Source: a virus. Taken from it: 64,000 nucleotides of DNA. A program made the position numbers and the translations under genes. The number at the start of each line of letters is the position of its first letter. Position 1 is the stretch's first letter. This document shows positions 1 to 10,800 of the stretch, one piece after another. The stretch spans positions 35,810 through 99,809 of IMG/VR virus record IMGVR_UViG_3300034356_000609; one strand, given 5' to 3'. The notes below the pieces were generated by a model that was not told where the DNA came from, searched no databases, and saw nothing but the letters and a program-made list of their open reading frames with translations.

Positions 1-3000
1 ACAGGTTGTTTGTATCTAGTTTTAATTAATTGTACTTTACGACCTTTACCACGACTCTCTGCGTTCTTATTAGCTTGGATAATACTACTGTCTACTTCAT
101 CTAAAGTTTCTCCAGGTAACCCTTCCCTCCACAATAGTTTAATACTGTCAAAGAAAGTATGGAATCTCTTTTTAATGTTTGTTTCAGTTACTCTTTCTTG
201 ACCACTTTTGACTGCGTTTGGTACTACATAACCTCTAAGTCTTTGACTTGCAGGGAGTTTTCTTTGAATGTCTTCATACAAACCTACCAAATCTCCTACC
301 AACGCTTTGTCTTCATTGTTTAACTTTTCGTAGTCTGGGTTATTATATTTACCGTCAGTAGTTTCTTTGGGTCTTAAATCCCCTAAGAAGTTATAGTCTT
401 TGTTTTTGTACTCGTCTCTTACCCTAGGGATAGTCCACTCAAAGCTAGGATTTTCTTGTCTAATATATTTAGAGTCAGAAGGAATGGTCTTGGTCCAAAT
501 ATATATAGGGCGTTCTGTTACATCTTCAAACTCTTCTCCCGTATCTTTATCAAATCTTTTGCGTACTATGCTAATGTGATTGGCTTTATACCAGTCAGTG
601 TCACGCATACGTTTATTGACTTCATTAGAATAAAGAACACTATAGTAAGCATCTATTAAATTCTTTCTGTAGATAGCAGATTTAAGGTCTGTTAAAGTTT
701 GAGCTGTAGGCAACTCGTCTAATGCACTAGGGTCTGAAAAGATACCAACGTCTAAATGGTTGCCATCAGTTTCAATAAAGTGGTCTGCCATCTTTTCAGC
801 CTTGGTTTGCATTTCTGCAAGTAAAACTGTCTCAGTAGCGAGTTGACCTCTAATGTTTCTCTTGACACTTTCTACTACTTCGTAGTAATAGTCTGTCTTC
901 TCTTTTGTTTGTAGTGCAAACAATCTTTTGAACAATCCTTTTAACAGAAGTTTATCTGCATCTGTCATGTTACGATTCTGGTCTGCAGCATCCTTTAAAT
1001 CTTCTATCTCATTTTCAATCTCACGGATAGTTTCACTTAACCCTAACTCAACTGCCGAACCTACTATAACTCCATCTTGGTCTCTATAACCTTTAACTGC
1101 ATTAAACAACCTAGTATATGCATCGTTAATCTCTGGGCTCTCTCCATATTTAAGAAAGACTGCCTTAATCTTATCAGCAATAGTTTGTTGTAACTCAAAA
1201 AACTGAGGATCTATTTCTATTCTAGTGTTGTTCTTGAGCCAAGTAGCTAAGTTGTTTTGTGCTTCTACTAGATTTTCTTTTTCTTCAAACAACTTACTTT
1301 GGAGTGCAGTTGTGTTTTGACCTAACGCTTCTGCATCTGCTAAGTCTGTTTCTAGAATACCAATACGAGTCTTAACCTGCTTTACAGCATCTTTACGACT
1401 TTGCTTTTCTATGTTAAACCTCTTAAGTACTGCTTCAGGAATAGTAAACTCAACAACATCAAGTTCTTTTCTTCTCTGCTTATAAGATATAATAGATTCA
1501 GCAATATCCCTTTCTTTTGAGCCTATGGGTTTTTCTGACCCGTCCTCATTAAATATAGAACCTAATCTCTCGTATTGTCTTCTTAGGTCTCCACGTACCT
1601 TACGATCTTCTTCTGTAGAGTCAACGTCTCCAAATACGTCTATGTGTTCTTTTATCTCGTCTAGTAAGGCGGCTCTAGCTTCACGAGCTTCTTCACTTAA
1701 AAGCGATTCTGCCTGATAATACTCATCCGTGTATCTACCTACTGCATACTTTTCTTGGAAATCTCCCAATGCTTTTTCCGCTGCTAGTATATCAGCTTCA
1801 ACTCCTGCCTTTTCTGCTACTTCTAAGTTATGCTGAAGGTCAAGCAAATCAGAGTAGAACTCAGCTTCTTTGAATTTAGTGTTATAGGCTAACTGTTTTA
1901 CTTTAGTTCTTCTTCCTTGCTCGTCATAATAGATCATATCTACCTCACGAGTTAACCCTTGGTAATGTTTATCTACAGTACTAAAGGCACTTACATTCCC
2001 TCTTTGTTTGTTTCTAGCTTCTACACGACGTTCAATGGCTTCTGCTCGTGTAGTTGTATCTATACTTGAGTTCTCTGCTTCTGTTAAATGGACATCTAAG
2101 AACTGTTTAAGTACTTGAACTACAGGGCTGCCAGAACTCGTAGCCATACCCATGTATACATTCCACATACTTCCTCCTTCATATGAAGGGTCCATACCTC
2201 TTTGTAGAAGTATTTGTATGTTCTGTGTAGTTGGCACCCAAGACAAAAAGTACTTTAAGTTTTGAATGTCTGACTCTAGGTTTTTTATCTTCTTAGCTTC
2301 ATTGTTAGCTTGTGCATCTAGTAACAAAGCTTCTTTAGCAGCAAGTTCTTGATTAAGTTGACTGTCTGAAGCTTGTAGCTTTTTACTAATTAATCTAAAA
2401 GGTTCTGCAAGCTGAGAAGCTACGGGAATAATAATAGCTTTTTGAGCAGCAGTACGTAAGTTAGTACTATTGTTTTGTATTCTTTCTAACTTGGTCTGTA
2501 ACTCTTTAACAACTACATCATAGTTTTCTATCTGTCTTCTGCGTTCCTGTAAGAATTCTGCCTTACCAGTTGGGTCTAACGCCAATTGGTCTTTAGTTAC
2601 ATTCATTACAAGTTCAGGCATCAACAAGCTATTAAAGCTTTCTACTTGCTCGTTGATTAAGTCTGATAGGTTTTTAGCATAGTTAAACAAACGTATAGCC
2701 TCTACATCTGACATCTGGCTTAGATTGTCCTTTGTTGTTTTGACTGTTGTTTGAATCCGTTTAAGTATGTTCTCTAATGCATCTATATAACTTACAGTAG
2801 AGTTAATAGTATCTGCTACTCCAGCACTAGATATATTGCCAAGCTTTTGTTTAATTCTTTCAATAGAGCCAAAGCGTGGATCTATCTCTGATAAAGCTTG
2901 AGACATCTGTGCCCAACTAGAACTGTTTAAACTCTCTCGTACATAGTTTTGAAACTTACTTAAATCTATTGAAGGAGGCGTTACTGTGGCACTACTATAG

Positions 3001-4187
3001 GGAGCATTGAATCTTAGTTGATGTTCTCCTGCCAGTTCAGGCATATCTTCTAAACTTTCTAAGTAATCAAAGTACTCGTTTAAAGTAACATCTAAGTCAC
3101 TTAAAGATACGTTGGTAAACTGACCCTTTAAGAATCTTTTTATAGTTGCAACAAGTCTTCCTAGTAAGCCAGTATTCTTAGCTTTCTGTTCTGCCTCTTG
3201 GAGTGTTTCTCTAAAATAAGGATTAGATAGGTACTCACTTACAAACTCTTCAGTATTCTTAAATCCGTAGTTATTCTGAAGTAAAGGAAAGTTACTTCTA
3301 TATTGGGATAAATACCTATCCATCTCTTGAGAGAATTGTATCTCTGCAGGAGTTTGAGGGTTAGTCAAAGCGTGGATAGTGTATGCGTGTAATGTCTCGT
3401 GGATAAGTTCCTTAACGAAACTTTTACTATTGAAGTCAGATGAAACCGTCTTACCTACGTATACCGTATTGGTTTTAGGGTCATAGAAAGATCTTTGATA
3501 CTCGTCTGCTACGGTAGCATCATCAAACACTACCAACTTTAAAGTTGGATTAATCCTAAGTAAGCTACTAAGTCTGGTTAAGATTTCCTTTTGGAAGTTC
3601 TCTGTCTCCCCGCTATTAACAACTCCATCGATAAGTTCTTTTAACTGTGCGTTAGAAAAGTCCTGTACGCTGTTGACTATCAAAGAAGGGAACTTTACTT
3701 TGTTTAAGTATGCTTTACTTACAGGCTTTAAAGTCTTTTCAGATATAGCTGGTTTAACTGATAAATAGTATTTACCATCACGGGTTACTACCTCACTTGT
3801 GATTAAATCATACTTAGGGTTTAGATTAATTTCTTCGTGGATAAACTCAAAGGCATTGGGATTTGTATATCCTATGTTCAAGTATCCAAGAGAAGCTACC
3901 TCTTCTATTTGTTCTGCTGACCTAATCTCTTGGTCAGTCATATTCAATCTAAGATGTTTGTTAATCTCCTGTATGCTAGGCTCTCCTACAAAGTTTAACT
4001 TAGGACTATATCCTAGTTGTTGCTTTGTCCAGTCAAAACCAAACTCTGTTTTAAATGTATTTGTAGTCAGTGCCTCATAAATACTTTTACCTTGTGCAGG
4101 TGGAAAGAATGAAGTCAACTGATAGTATGCAGGACTTGTAACTTGAAGGCCTGACAGAGGGGATTTTATGGTAGCAAAACAAGACAT
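1..4187 (-). CDS. Giant virion cargo/ejection protein with zincin metalloprotease-like domain (3' end runs off the window; absent from the ORF track)
   Basis: Hand translation from ATG at 4187 (MSCFATIKSPLSG...) is open for 1395 codons to the left edge. It has ELIHETLHAYT (HExxH, 3387-3401) followed by EEFVSEYLSNPYF. Position next to the vRNAP gene matches crAss-like cargo genes. Confidence 0.85.
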   Translation of the reverse strand, partial: MSCFATIKSPLSGLQVTSPAYYQLTSFFPPAQGKSIYEALTTNTFKTEFGFDWTKQQLGYSPKLNFVGEPSIQEINKHLRLNMTDQEIRSAEQIEEVASLGYLNIGYTNPNAFEFIHEEINLNPKYDLITSEVVTRDGKYYLSVKPAISEKTLKPVSKAYLNKVKFPSLIVNSVQDFSNAQLKELIDGVVNSGETENFQKEILTRLSSLLRINPTLKLVVFDDATVADEYQRSFYDPKTNTVYVGKTVSSDFNSKSFVKELIHETLHAYTIHALTNPQTPAEIQFSQEMDRYLSQYRSNFPLLQNNYGFKNTEEFVSEYLSNPYFRETLQEAEQKAKNTGLLGRLVATIKRFLKGQFTNVSLSDLDVTLNEYFDYLESLEDMPELAGEHQLRFNAPYSSATVTPPSIDLSKFQNYVRESLNSSSWAQMSQALSEIDPRFGSIERIKQKLGNISSAGVADTINSTVSYIDALENILKRIQTTVKTTKDNLSQMSDVEAIRLFNYAKNLSDLINEQVESFNSLLMPELVMNVTKDQLALDPTGKAEFLQERRRQIENYDVVVKELQTKLERIQNNSTNLRTAAQKAIIIPVASQLAEPFRLISKKLQASDSQLNQELAAKEALLLDAQANNEAKKIKNLESDIQNLKYFLSWVPTTQNIQILLQRGMDPSYEGGSMWNVYMGMATSSGSPVVQVLKQFLDVHLTEAENSSIDTTTRAEAIERRVEARNKQRGNVSAFSTVDKHYQGLTREVDMIYYDEQGRRTKVKQLAYNTKFKEAEFYSDLLDLQHNLEVAEKAGVEADILAAEKALGDFQEKYAVGRYTDEYYQAESLLSEEAREARAALLDEIKEHIDVFGDVDSTEEDRKVRGDLRRQYERLGSIFNEDGSEKPIGSKERDIAESIISYKQRRKELDVVEFTIPEAVLKRFNIEKQSRKDAVKQVKTRIGILETDLADAEALGQNTTALQSKLFEEKENLVEAQNNLATWLKNNTRIEIDPQFFELQQTIADKIKAVFLKYGESPEINDAYTRLFNAVKGYRDQDGVIVGSAVELGLSETIREIENEIEDLKDAADQNRNMTDADKLLLKGLFKRLFALQTKEKTDYYYEVVESVKRNIRGQLATETVLLAEMQTKAEKMADHFIETDGNHLDVGIFSDPSALDELPTAQTLTDLKSAIYRKNLIDAYYSVLYSNEVNKRMRDTDWYKANHISIVRKRFDKDTGEEFEDVTERPIYIWTKTIPSDSKYIRQENPSFEWTIPRVRDEYKNKDYNFLGDLRPKETTDGKYNNPDYEKLNNEDKALVGDLVGLYEDIQRKLPASQRLRGYVVPNAVKSGQERVTETNIKKRFHTFFDSIKLLWREGLPGETLDEVDSSIIQANKNAESRGKGRKVQLIKTRYKQP

Positions 4188-4193
4188 TATTTA

Positions 4194-4223
4194 CAAATTT
4201 AATCTATTTAAGAACTAAATCAA
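4194..4223 (-). promoter_or_regulatory. Bacteroidota sigma70-type promoter
   Basis: Minus strand TTG-N19-TAAATTTG; the -7 box ends 6 nt before the ATG at 4187. Confidence 0.6.
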
Positions 4224-4831
4224 GGTACTTCACAACTCACCTCTTCAAAGCTAATGCTATTGAGGTCTGGAGTATCTGGGGCACTTGTTTTATCTAGAGA
4301 CAAAGTAAGCTGTAGAGGCTGCTGTCTTAAAGGAGCTTCGTATACTTGAGTATCAGGTATCTGAACAGATGTTTCCATTACTTCAAATAAACTATCCTCT
4401 AAGTCGTTTAACTCCTGTAAAGCTAAAGCGGCATCGTCTTTGTAAAAACCTTCAGGTCTATAACTCACAGGTAACTCAAAAGCTTCTTGTAAAGATACTT
4501 CTTCAAACTTAACTTGATATGCGGCCAATAACTTAGGTGTAATGTATACTTGGATAGCAGCACCATCAGTATAACTACGACCTCCAAAAACAACTCCAAA
4601 TAACTTTCTTGGTATGTTTAACTCATTAGATATAGCAACTGCCGTACTGTCTGCAATACTACGTACTTTCTTAACTGTATTCATACTAGCATCCCTAGAG
4701 TTTACTGGGAGAAATATCTCTCCTGTACCCAGTAGTTTAAATGCATTATTTTTTGTCTTAGCAATCGTAACTGCCTTAGGAGTTATCTGACTGCTAATTT
4801 CTCTAGCTGATATTTTACATGCTTGTGCCAT
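4220..4831 (-). CDS. Hypothetical 203-aa protein in the cargo cluster
   Basis: ORF packed between two giant genes; acidic C-terminal half; Cys only at positions 5 and 200. Confidence 0.75.
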   Translation of the reverse strand: MAQACKISAREISSQITPKAVTIAKTKNNAFKLLGTGEIFLPVNSRDASMNTVKKVRSIADSTAVAISNELNIPRKLFGVVFGGRSYTDGAAIQVYITPKLLAAYQVKFEEVSLQEAFELPVSYRPEGFYKDDAALALQELNDLEDSLFEVMETSVQIPDTQVYEAPLRQQPLQLTLSLDKTSAPDTPDLNSISFEEVSCEVP

Positions 4832-4835
4832 AGTC

Positions 4836-7800
4836 TTATCCGCAAGGATTTATATTAGGTAAGTTATTAATATCGTTTTGGTTAGGATTTGTAGATGGTT
4901 GAGTAATAGGTTTATTTACTACTTCAAACTCTATAGCATAAGGATATTGACCTACATTTTTATCAGTTACAGATTTTACCCATCCTTCTTTTTGCCAGGT
5001 AGCATCTTGATATTCTTGTGTAAATGGAGTAACTTTAGTAATTCTAGTATATACTTGTCTTCCTGTTTTATCAGTCATTCTTATAACTTTACCTACAAGA
5101 TCTGATATTTTAGATAAACCATAATCCTTAGACATTCTTTGTATGTCAGTATTAGCTCTGGTAGTTCTAGTTCTATCCCCTGATATAATAAGATCCATAG
5201 TAGACTTTCCTTTAAACTGAGGTTGCATTTGACCGCCTTGACCATCTGCAAAGTTTTGTGCTATAGGTGTTAGTTTATCTGCTAGGTTAAATTCATCAAC
5301 ACTAGTAGCTGGTTGAATAGTCTCGGTAGGCATACTTTCAGGTGAGTATACACTACGTTCTATTGCAATCAAACTCTTAATGGCCGAGTCTTGTAACCTC
5401 ATGGTTTTTAACTTCTCTGGGTTTGTTCTGGCTAAGAACTCGATGCTTGTAGTTATAGGGGATAGTGTAGTACTAAACATCTTAGTAGAGTATCTTACGA
5501 GAGTCAAATAGGACTTGAACTTTTGCGGCTCTTCCTTCCTCATTGTCTCTAGTTCATTGTAAGACTTTGTTGTGTAGTCTATATAAGCTTCATGAGGTAC
5601 GATACTAGATACATTGTCTGTGTTGAAGTGACCTCCGTATTGCATAAAAGATCCCAATGCCAAATCAGTAAAGAACTCTTTTATCTCAGCAATAGGACTG
5701 TTTAGTCCTTCTAAGAATGCAGTCCTATATAACTTGTTGGTCTCCGACATAACGACACTCTTTAACTTAAAGTTTATCTCACCAGTATTACTTGTCTCTG
5801 GATACAAGTTCTGTACTAGATAATTATTCCTTAAATCAGGATTACTGATTATACCCTCAAAACGTTTTGCAAGGTTGTTAGAAGTGGTCTTTTGCATTAG
5901 ACCGTCTTTACCTCTATAGTATTCTAACAAATTGCCCTTTTCGTTACTAGCTGTTTTTTGGGTATAGTTAAAGATTAGATTTGTCTTTAACCTTTTAATA
6001 GCCTTCATACGAAGTTCTTGACCTGTTATATCATTCTTAGTTAAGAAAGTATTTATAGTCTCATGAACTTCCACAGAGTCAGACAATGGATATATTTGAC
6101 CCATAACCTCTTGTACAAATCCGCTTACATTAAACTGCGCCAATGCAGATTGATTAAACATAAAGTCAATTGCCTCTGCGTTAAAGTATTCTTTTAATCC
6201 TCCCTCTTTGGCAACCGTCTCCGTACTTTGGAATGAAGTTCTATAATTCGTAGTATTAAAGTCAGTAATGCTAGTCAACTCCCTCAACCCACTTTGCTGT
6301 GCTACAACTACACCAAACTGTAATAAATAGGCAATATCCCTCATTGCCTTCTCTTCACCAGTCAATGTCTCATTAGGATTAAAATTAGTAATGTATTGAT
6401 TCAAAGTAGGTACACCCATCATCGCTTCAATATACATAGCTAGCTTTTTCTTAGATCCTTTGATGTTAGCTGCTTTAATTTCTTTGTCTATACCTGCAAC
6501 AAACTTTTCTAGCTTTACATTCCCTGAAGTCTGAACTCGGTTTTTAATAAGAGACATAATAGCTGAGTTCTTACTGACGTATAAGTTCTCCATCTTCTTA
6601 TGTATCTCTGCTCTGTTAGCCATGCTTAGAGCTAGTTTAATTACATCTGAGTTGATGAAGTCCAATACATCTTTTACAGGAGTACCTGCAAGAATCATAG
6701 CATGTGCCAATGGACTAGTCTCTTGGTTTAAACCTAAAAGAATAATCCAATCTTCGTTTGCAATGTCGACGTGTCCGTTTACAAACTCACTCAATACTTT
6801 AGAGATACGATTCGTTCCATCTGCGTCTTTCTTGCCTCCAAGCATTATCTGACCCTCAGCATTTCTGTTGGCCTTAAAGTAATAGGCATTAAACAAACTA
6901 GAAGTATACTTTAGTCCTGCCCTTTGGAATTCTTTCTGTAGAGTATTAATCTTAGCGTCAATACCCAATGCATCTTTAGATAGGATATTTTCCAAGAAAA
7001 TTCTCCAAGATGTTCTAGGATTAAACACATCGGTAGAACTAATCTTCTTTCCAGGTTTAGTATACTGGGTAAGAATGCTGTTGTTGTTTGGAGTAGTTAA
7101 AGAATCATACAACTCTCCTGTCTTTAGAATGGATTTTAAACTATCTACAAGTCCATTGCCTAATGCTTTTTTATAGTCGTCAACTACGGCAATTTCATTT
7201 CTTATATCTTTTATGTCATTGCGTACTTCTGCTAAAATAAACAAAGCCTCCATAGGGTTTTCTCTATCTAGTTTTGCAAGTTCTGCAAACTTTCTAGCTA
7301 TTAGTTTCTTTTCTTTTCTAATATCTAACAAAGTCTCTGACTCTTCTTGACCTACAATCTCATTAACCAGCAACTCCTTAATGCCTTCAATTGCTTCGTC
7401 AATCTCCTCGTTGAGTATGTTTATCTCATCTTTGATGTCTTTGCGTTGTTCGTAGATAGGATTCTCACTCATCTCTGCACGCATCTCTTTTTGAATAGCT
7501 TTTAACCTAGAGAGACTTATCTTAAGTTCTTTTTGACGAGACAACTCGCTGGTATAGTCTTCTACGTCAAACTCTTTTTTAATTACTTCTCCCGACTCTG
7601 ATAAGGCCGTCATAAAGAATGTTAACTTATCAATGTCGTAGTCACCTCCTGTTTTAGTTACTATCTGTGCAGGAAGAATCATTACTGCACCTGCGGATTC
7701 GTCAAGAAACTCCCGAACAATAGCATACTCCATAGAAGAAAATCCTTGTACTGGAATACGTACACCAACCATAGTTAATTTGTCCTTGTGAAGTTCTTTC

Positions 7801-10800
7801 CAACTATTAGCCGTTTCCGTAGAAGAAGTAAGAATACTATTTAATACCTGTAAAGAGCCGACCTTCTTACCCTCGTAAGTCAAGTTAAGTAGTCCTGCAT
7901 GCTTCTTAGGGTTAAATGCAATCTTAACCTCCATAGGATTTGTTTCTCCTGTAGTGGGGTTGAGGGTATAAAACTTTAAGTCGTTCGCTCCAAACTGTTC
8001 TAACTGTTGTTGAGTAGGGTTAGCAAATCGGATTCTCTCAAATCCAGTACCAGCTACTTGGATAAAGCTTTCTCCAAATATCTTTTGAGAAATAACTTTG
8101 TTGTTGAAAATGTTTAATATAAGAGCCTCTACCTCATCTCTGTCTTTGTTCGCATCCAAAGGATTTACAAAGTTACCTTGCTCATCTACCTTAATAAAGT
8201 TACGTAGTCCTTCAGAAACTTCTTTCTCCTCGAATTGTTCTGCAACATATCTAGCCAACTGAAGTTGATTAATACCGTCAATCTGTCCGTTAGTTCTAGT
8301 TATACCTAACTTCTTTTCTAGTTTGATAACTTCAAACTGTACCAAGTTGTTTAAGTTATTAGTGAACTCATTGTACAATCCTGATATACGTTCCTGGGTG
8401 TCAAGACTAAAGTCTCCAGAGAGTTCTCCAAACTCATAGAAGTCTCCAAAGATTAACTTCATCATCTGAGTTGCAAGTGTACTTTCATCCTTATACTTAG
8501 GAGCTTGATATTGCTGTTCTCTTAAGTTTTCTATATGGAGTGTAGTAACTAAACTGTCGTCTATGTTTTGTTTTACTTCTAAGTACTCTACTCCGTTACG
8601 TGTTACCTTTTCGTAATAATCGCTTGGTTCAGCATTGTCAGACATCTTAGAGCCAGACTTGAATGTATAATAGTTTACTTGCGTATTATACATGGCTATC
8701 ATTTGCTTTTCCATTTGTCTCCCTTCTACTACACTAGGTATCATAGGTATTAGAGAAAACTTATGTAATGCTACTTGTTTTGGGTCTCTCTCTGTAGGTC
8801 CAAAGTGTCCTAGCTTCAAAGGAGGAAAAGGAGTCAAACCAGTAGTGTTAATTAACTTGGTCTTTTCTGATATTAATTCTTGTGCATTAGCAGGGTTGCC
8901 CTTTAGTGCAACATTAATTTCTGCAATACGTACTTGCTGTTGGTAAGCCTTCTCTTGTTTAGTACTGTCCCATCTACCTATACTTATTAAATAATTTCTA
9001 TAAAAGTCAAGTGTAACTACACCTTGAGCATCTGCTTCCTTAGGATTGTTTACGTAAGCGTCAAACTCGGACTTCTCTTCTTCTAAGAGTGTATCCCAAT
9101 TACCACTATCGTAAACCTTTTTGTAGGTTTCAAAATCACTCTTACTAAAACTAAGTACATCCTTATAGATTACAGTACGGATAACAGGATTAAACTTATT
9201 CTCAACTCCTGTGTAAGCTATACTAATAGCATCTTGTCCTGTATCGGTATCAAAGAAGTCTTGTAAGGCACTATCCCAGAATACTGGACTACCAGGTGAT
9301 GCTGAGAATGCAGGTCTCTTAAACAACTCTCTATAGTCTGCCTTAACATTAAAGTTAGACATATCACCAATAAAGAACTTCAAGAACTCTACGTTATTAA
9401 TAAAAGCATTCTTCAGCATTACTTGTGCTAAGTACTGAAGATTCTGACTTGTAATTGTAGGAGGTGTTTTTCTGTCGGCAGCTGGAAGTAACTGAGCATT
9501 AATCATATTTAATTTACTTAAATATGATGCAGTTTGTGCAAGACGTGTACTGTAGTCTACTGTATAACCCTGAGAATTTACAGGAGTTGACATAATATCT
9601 ACCAACTCTCTAGTGAATAACTCACCTTGAGTTGCAAAGTAAGTACTTAAAGATTGTGGCAAAGCTGCTACAGCCTTATGGTAACCTGCTATTAGTTCTT
9701 CTTTTGTGGTAGCTTTTGTAATCTCTTCTACAATCTCATTGGGAAGAATGTCATTAAAAATAAATAGATTCTTAGCGTTTTTATTATAAGTAGTTTTTGC
9801 TACACCCTCACCAGCTTCAATTGCATTAGATATCCTTGTGACTTCTGAGACTAAGTAGTTCTTAAACGTAGCCACCAACTCAGGTTCTATAGGCACTTCT
9901 TCCGTGGGAGATTTAAGAAGATTTACATTGATAGGTACATAAATCTTCTCTGCTAGAATAGGATTAGAAAAACTTGTGCTTAAAGAAGAAGTCTTATCTC
10001 CAAAGCGCATATTCTCTAATTCTGTAGATTGGAAGAAACTTACAAAGTCTTGGATAATTTTATCTCCAGGATGTAAATTGGTTGTATGACCTCCGTAGTT
10101 ATCAGAGTCAAAGTCTTTAAGTTCTAAACCTCCGAAGTCAGTTACATTGATTGTACGTGGTCCTGTAGTCTTGTCTACGACTTTAGTATAACTACTTAAT
10201 GGATTCTTTTCTATCTCTGCCTTAGTTAATGGCAATCCAAACAAACGGTTTAACCAAATAGATCCTAGTATGTCTGGATTCTTTCTATAGTCAAAACGAG
10301 CATAGGCAGGTTGGCTTATTAGTTCTTCGTAGTTATTAGCTTTGTTTACTGCGGAAGCTTGCTGAGTCATAAAAGACCAAGGGGAACGTATGAACTTTTT
10401 CTTCTGCTCTGCCGTTGTATACGCTGTAGGTCTAGATGCTACGTCAAAGTTTGAAAAGAACTTAGTAAAAGGATTTAACTCTGTCTCCTTCTTCTGTAAA
10501 TAAGAAGTAGCTTGTTGTAGACTGTAAGTTACAACTTTACTATTGACTGCCTTTTTAAGAGCTTGAGATATACTGCTTACGTCAATTCTCCAATCCTTAA
10601 ACGAAGCTGTCTGTGTACCTGCAAGTCTTGCTTCGATATAACTCTCAAACAAAGGTTCTTGAAGTGAAGACACCTCGTAACCTCTGTCTTTAATGTATTT
10701 AAGTGCCTCTTCTTTAGTTGTAGAAAAGGCGATAATCTTTTCAAACAAGTCGTCAGCTTCTGCGAGCTCTGTTGGACTCATACTTGCTTGTCCTGTCTTA

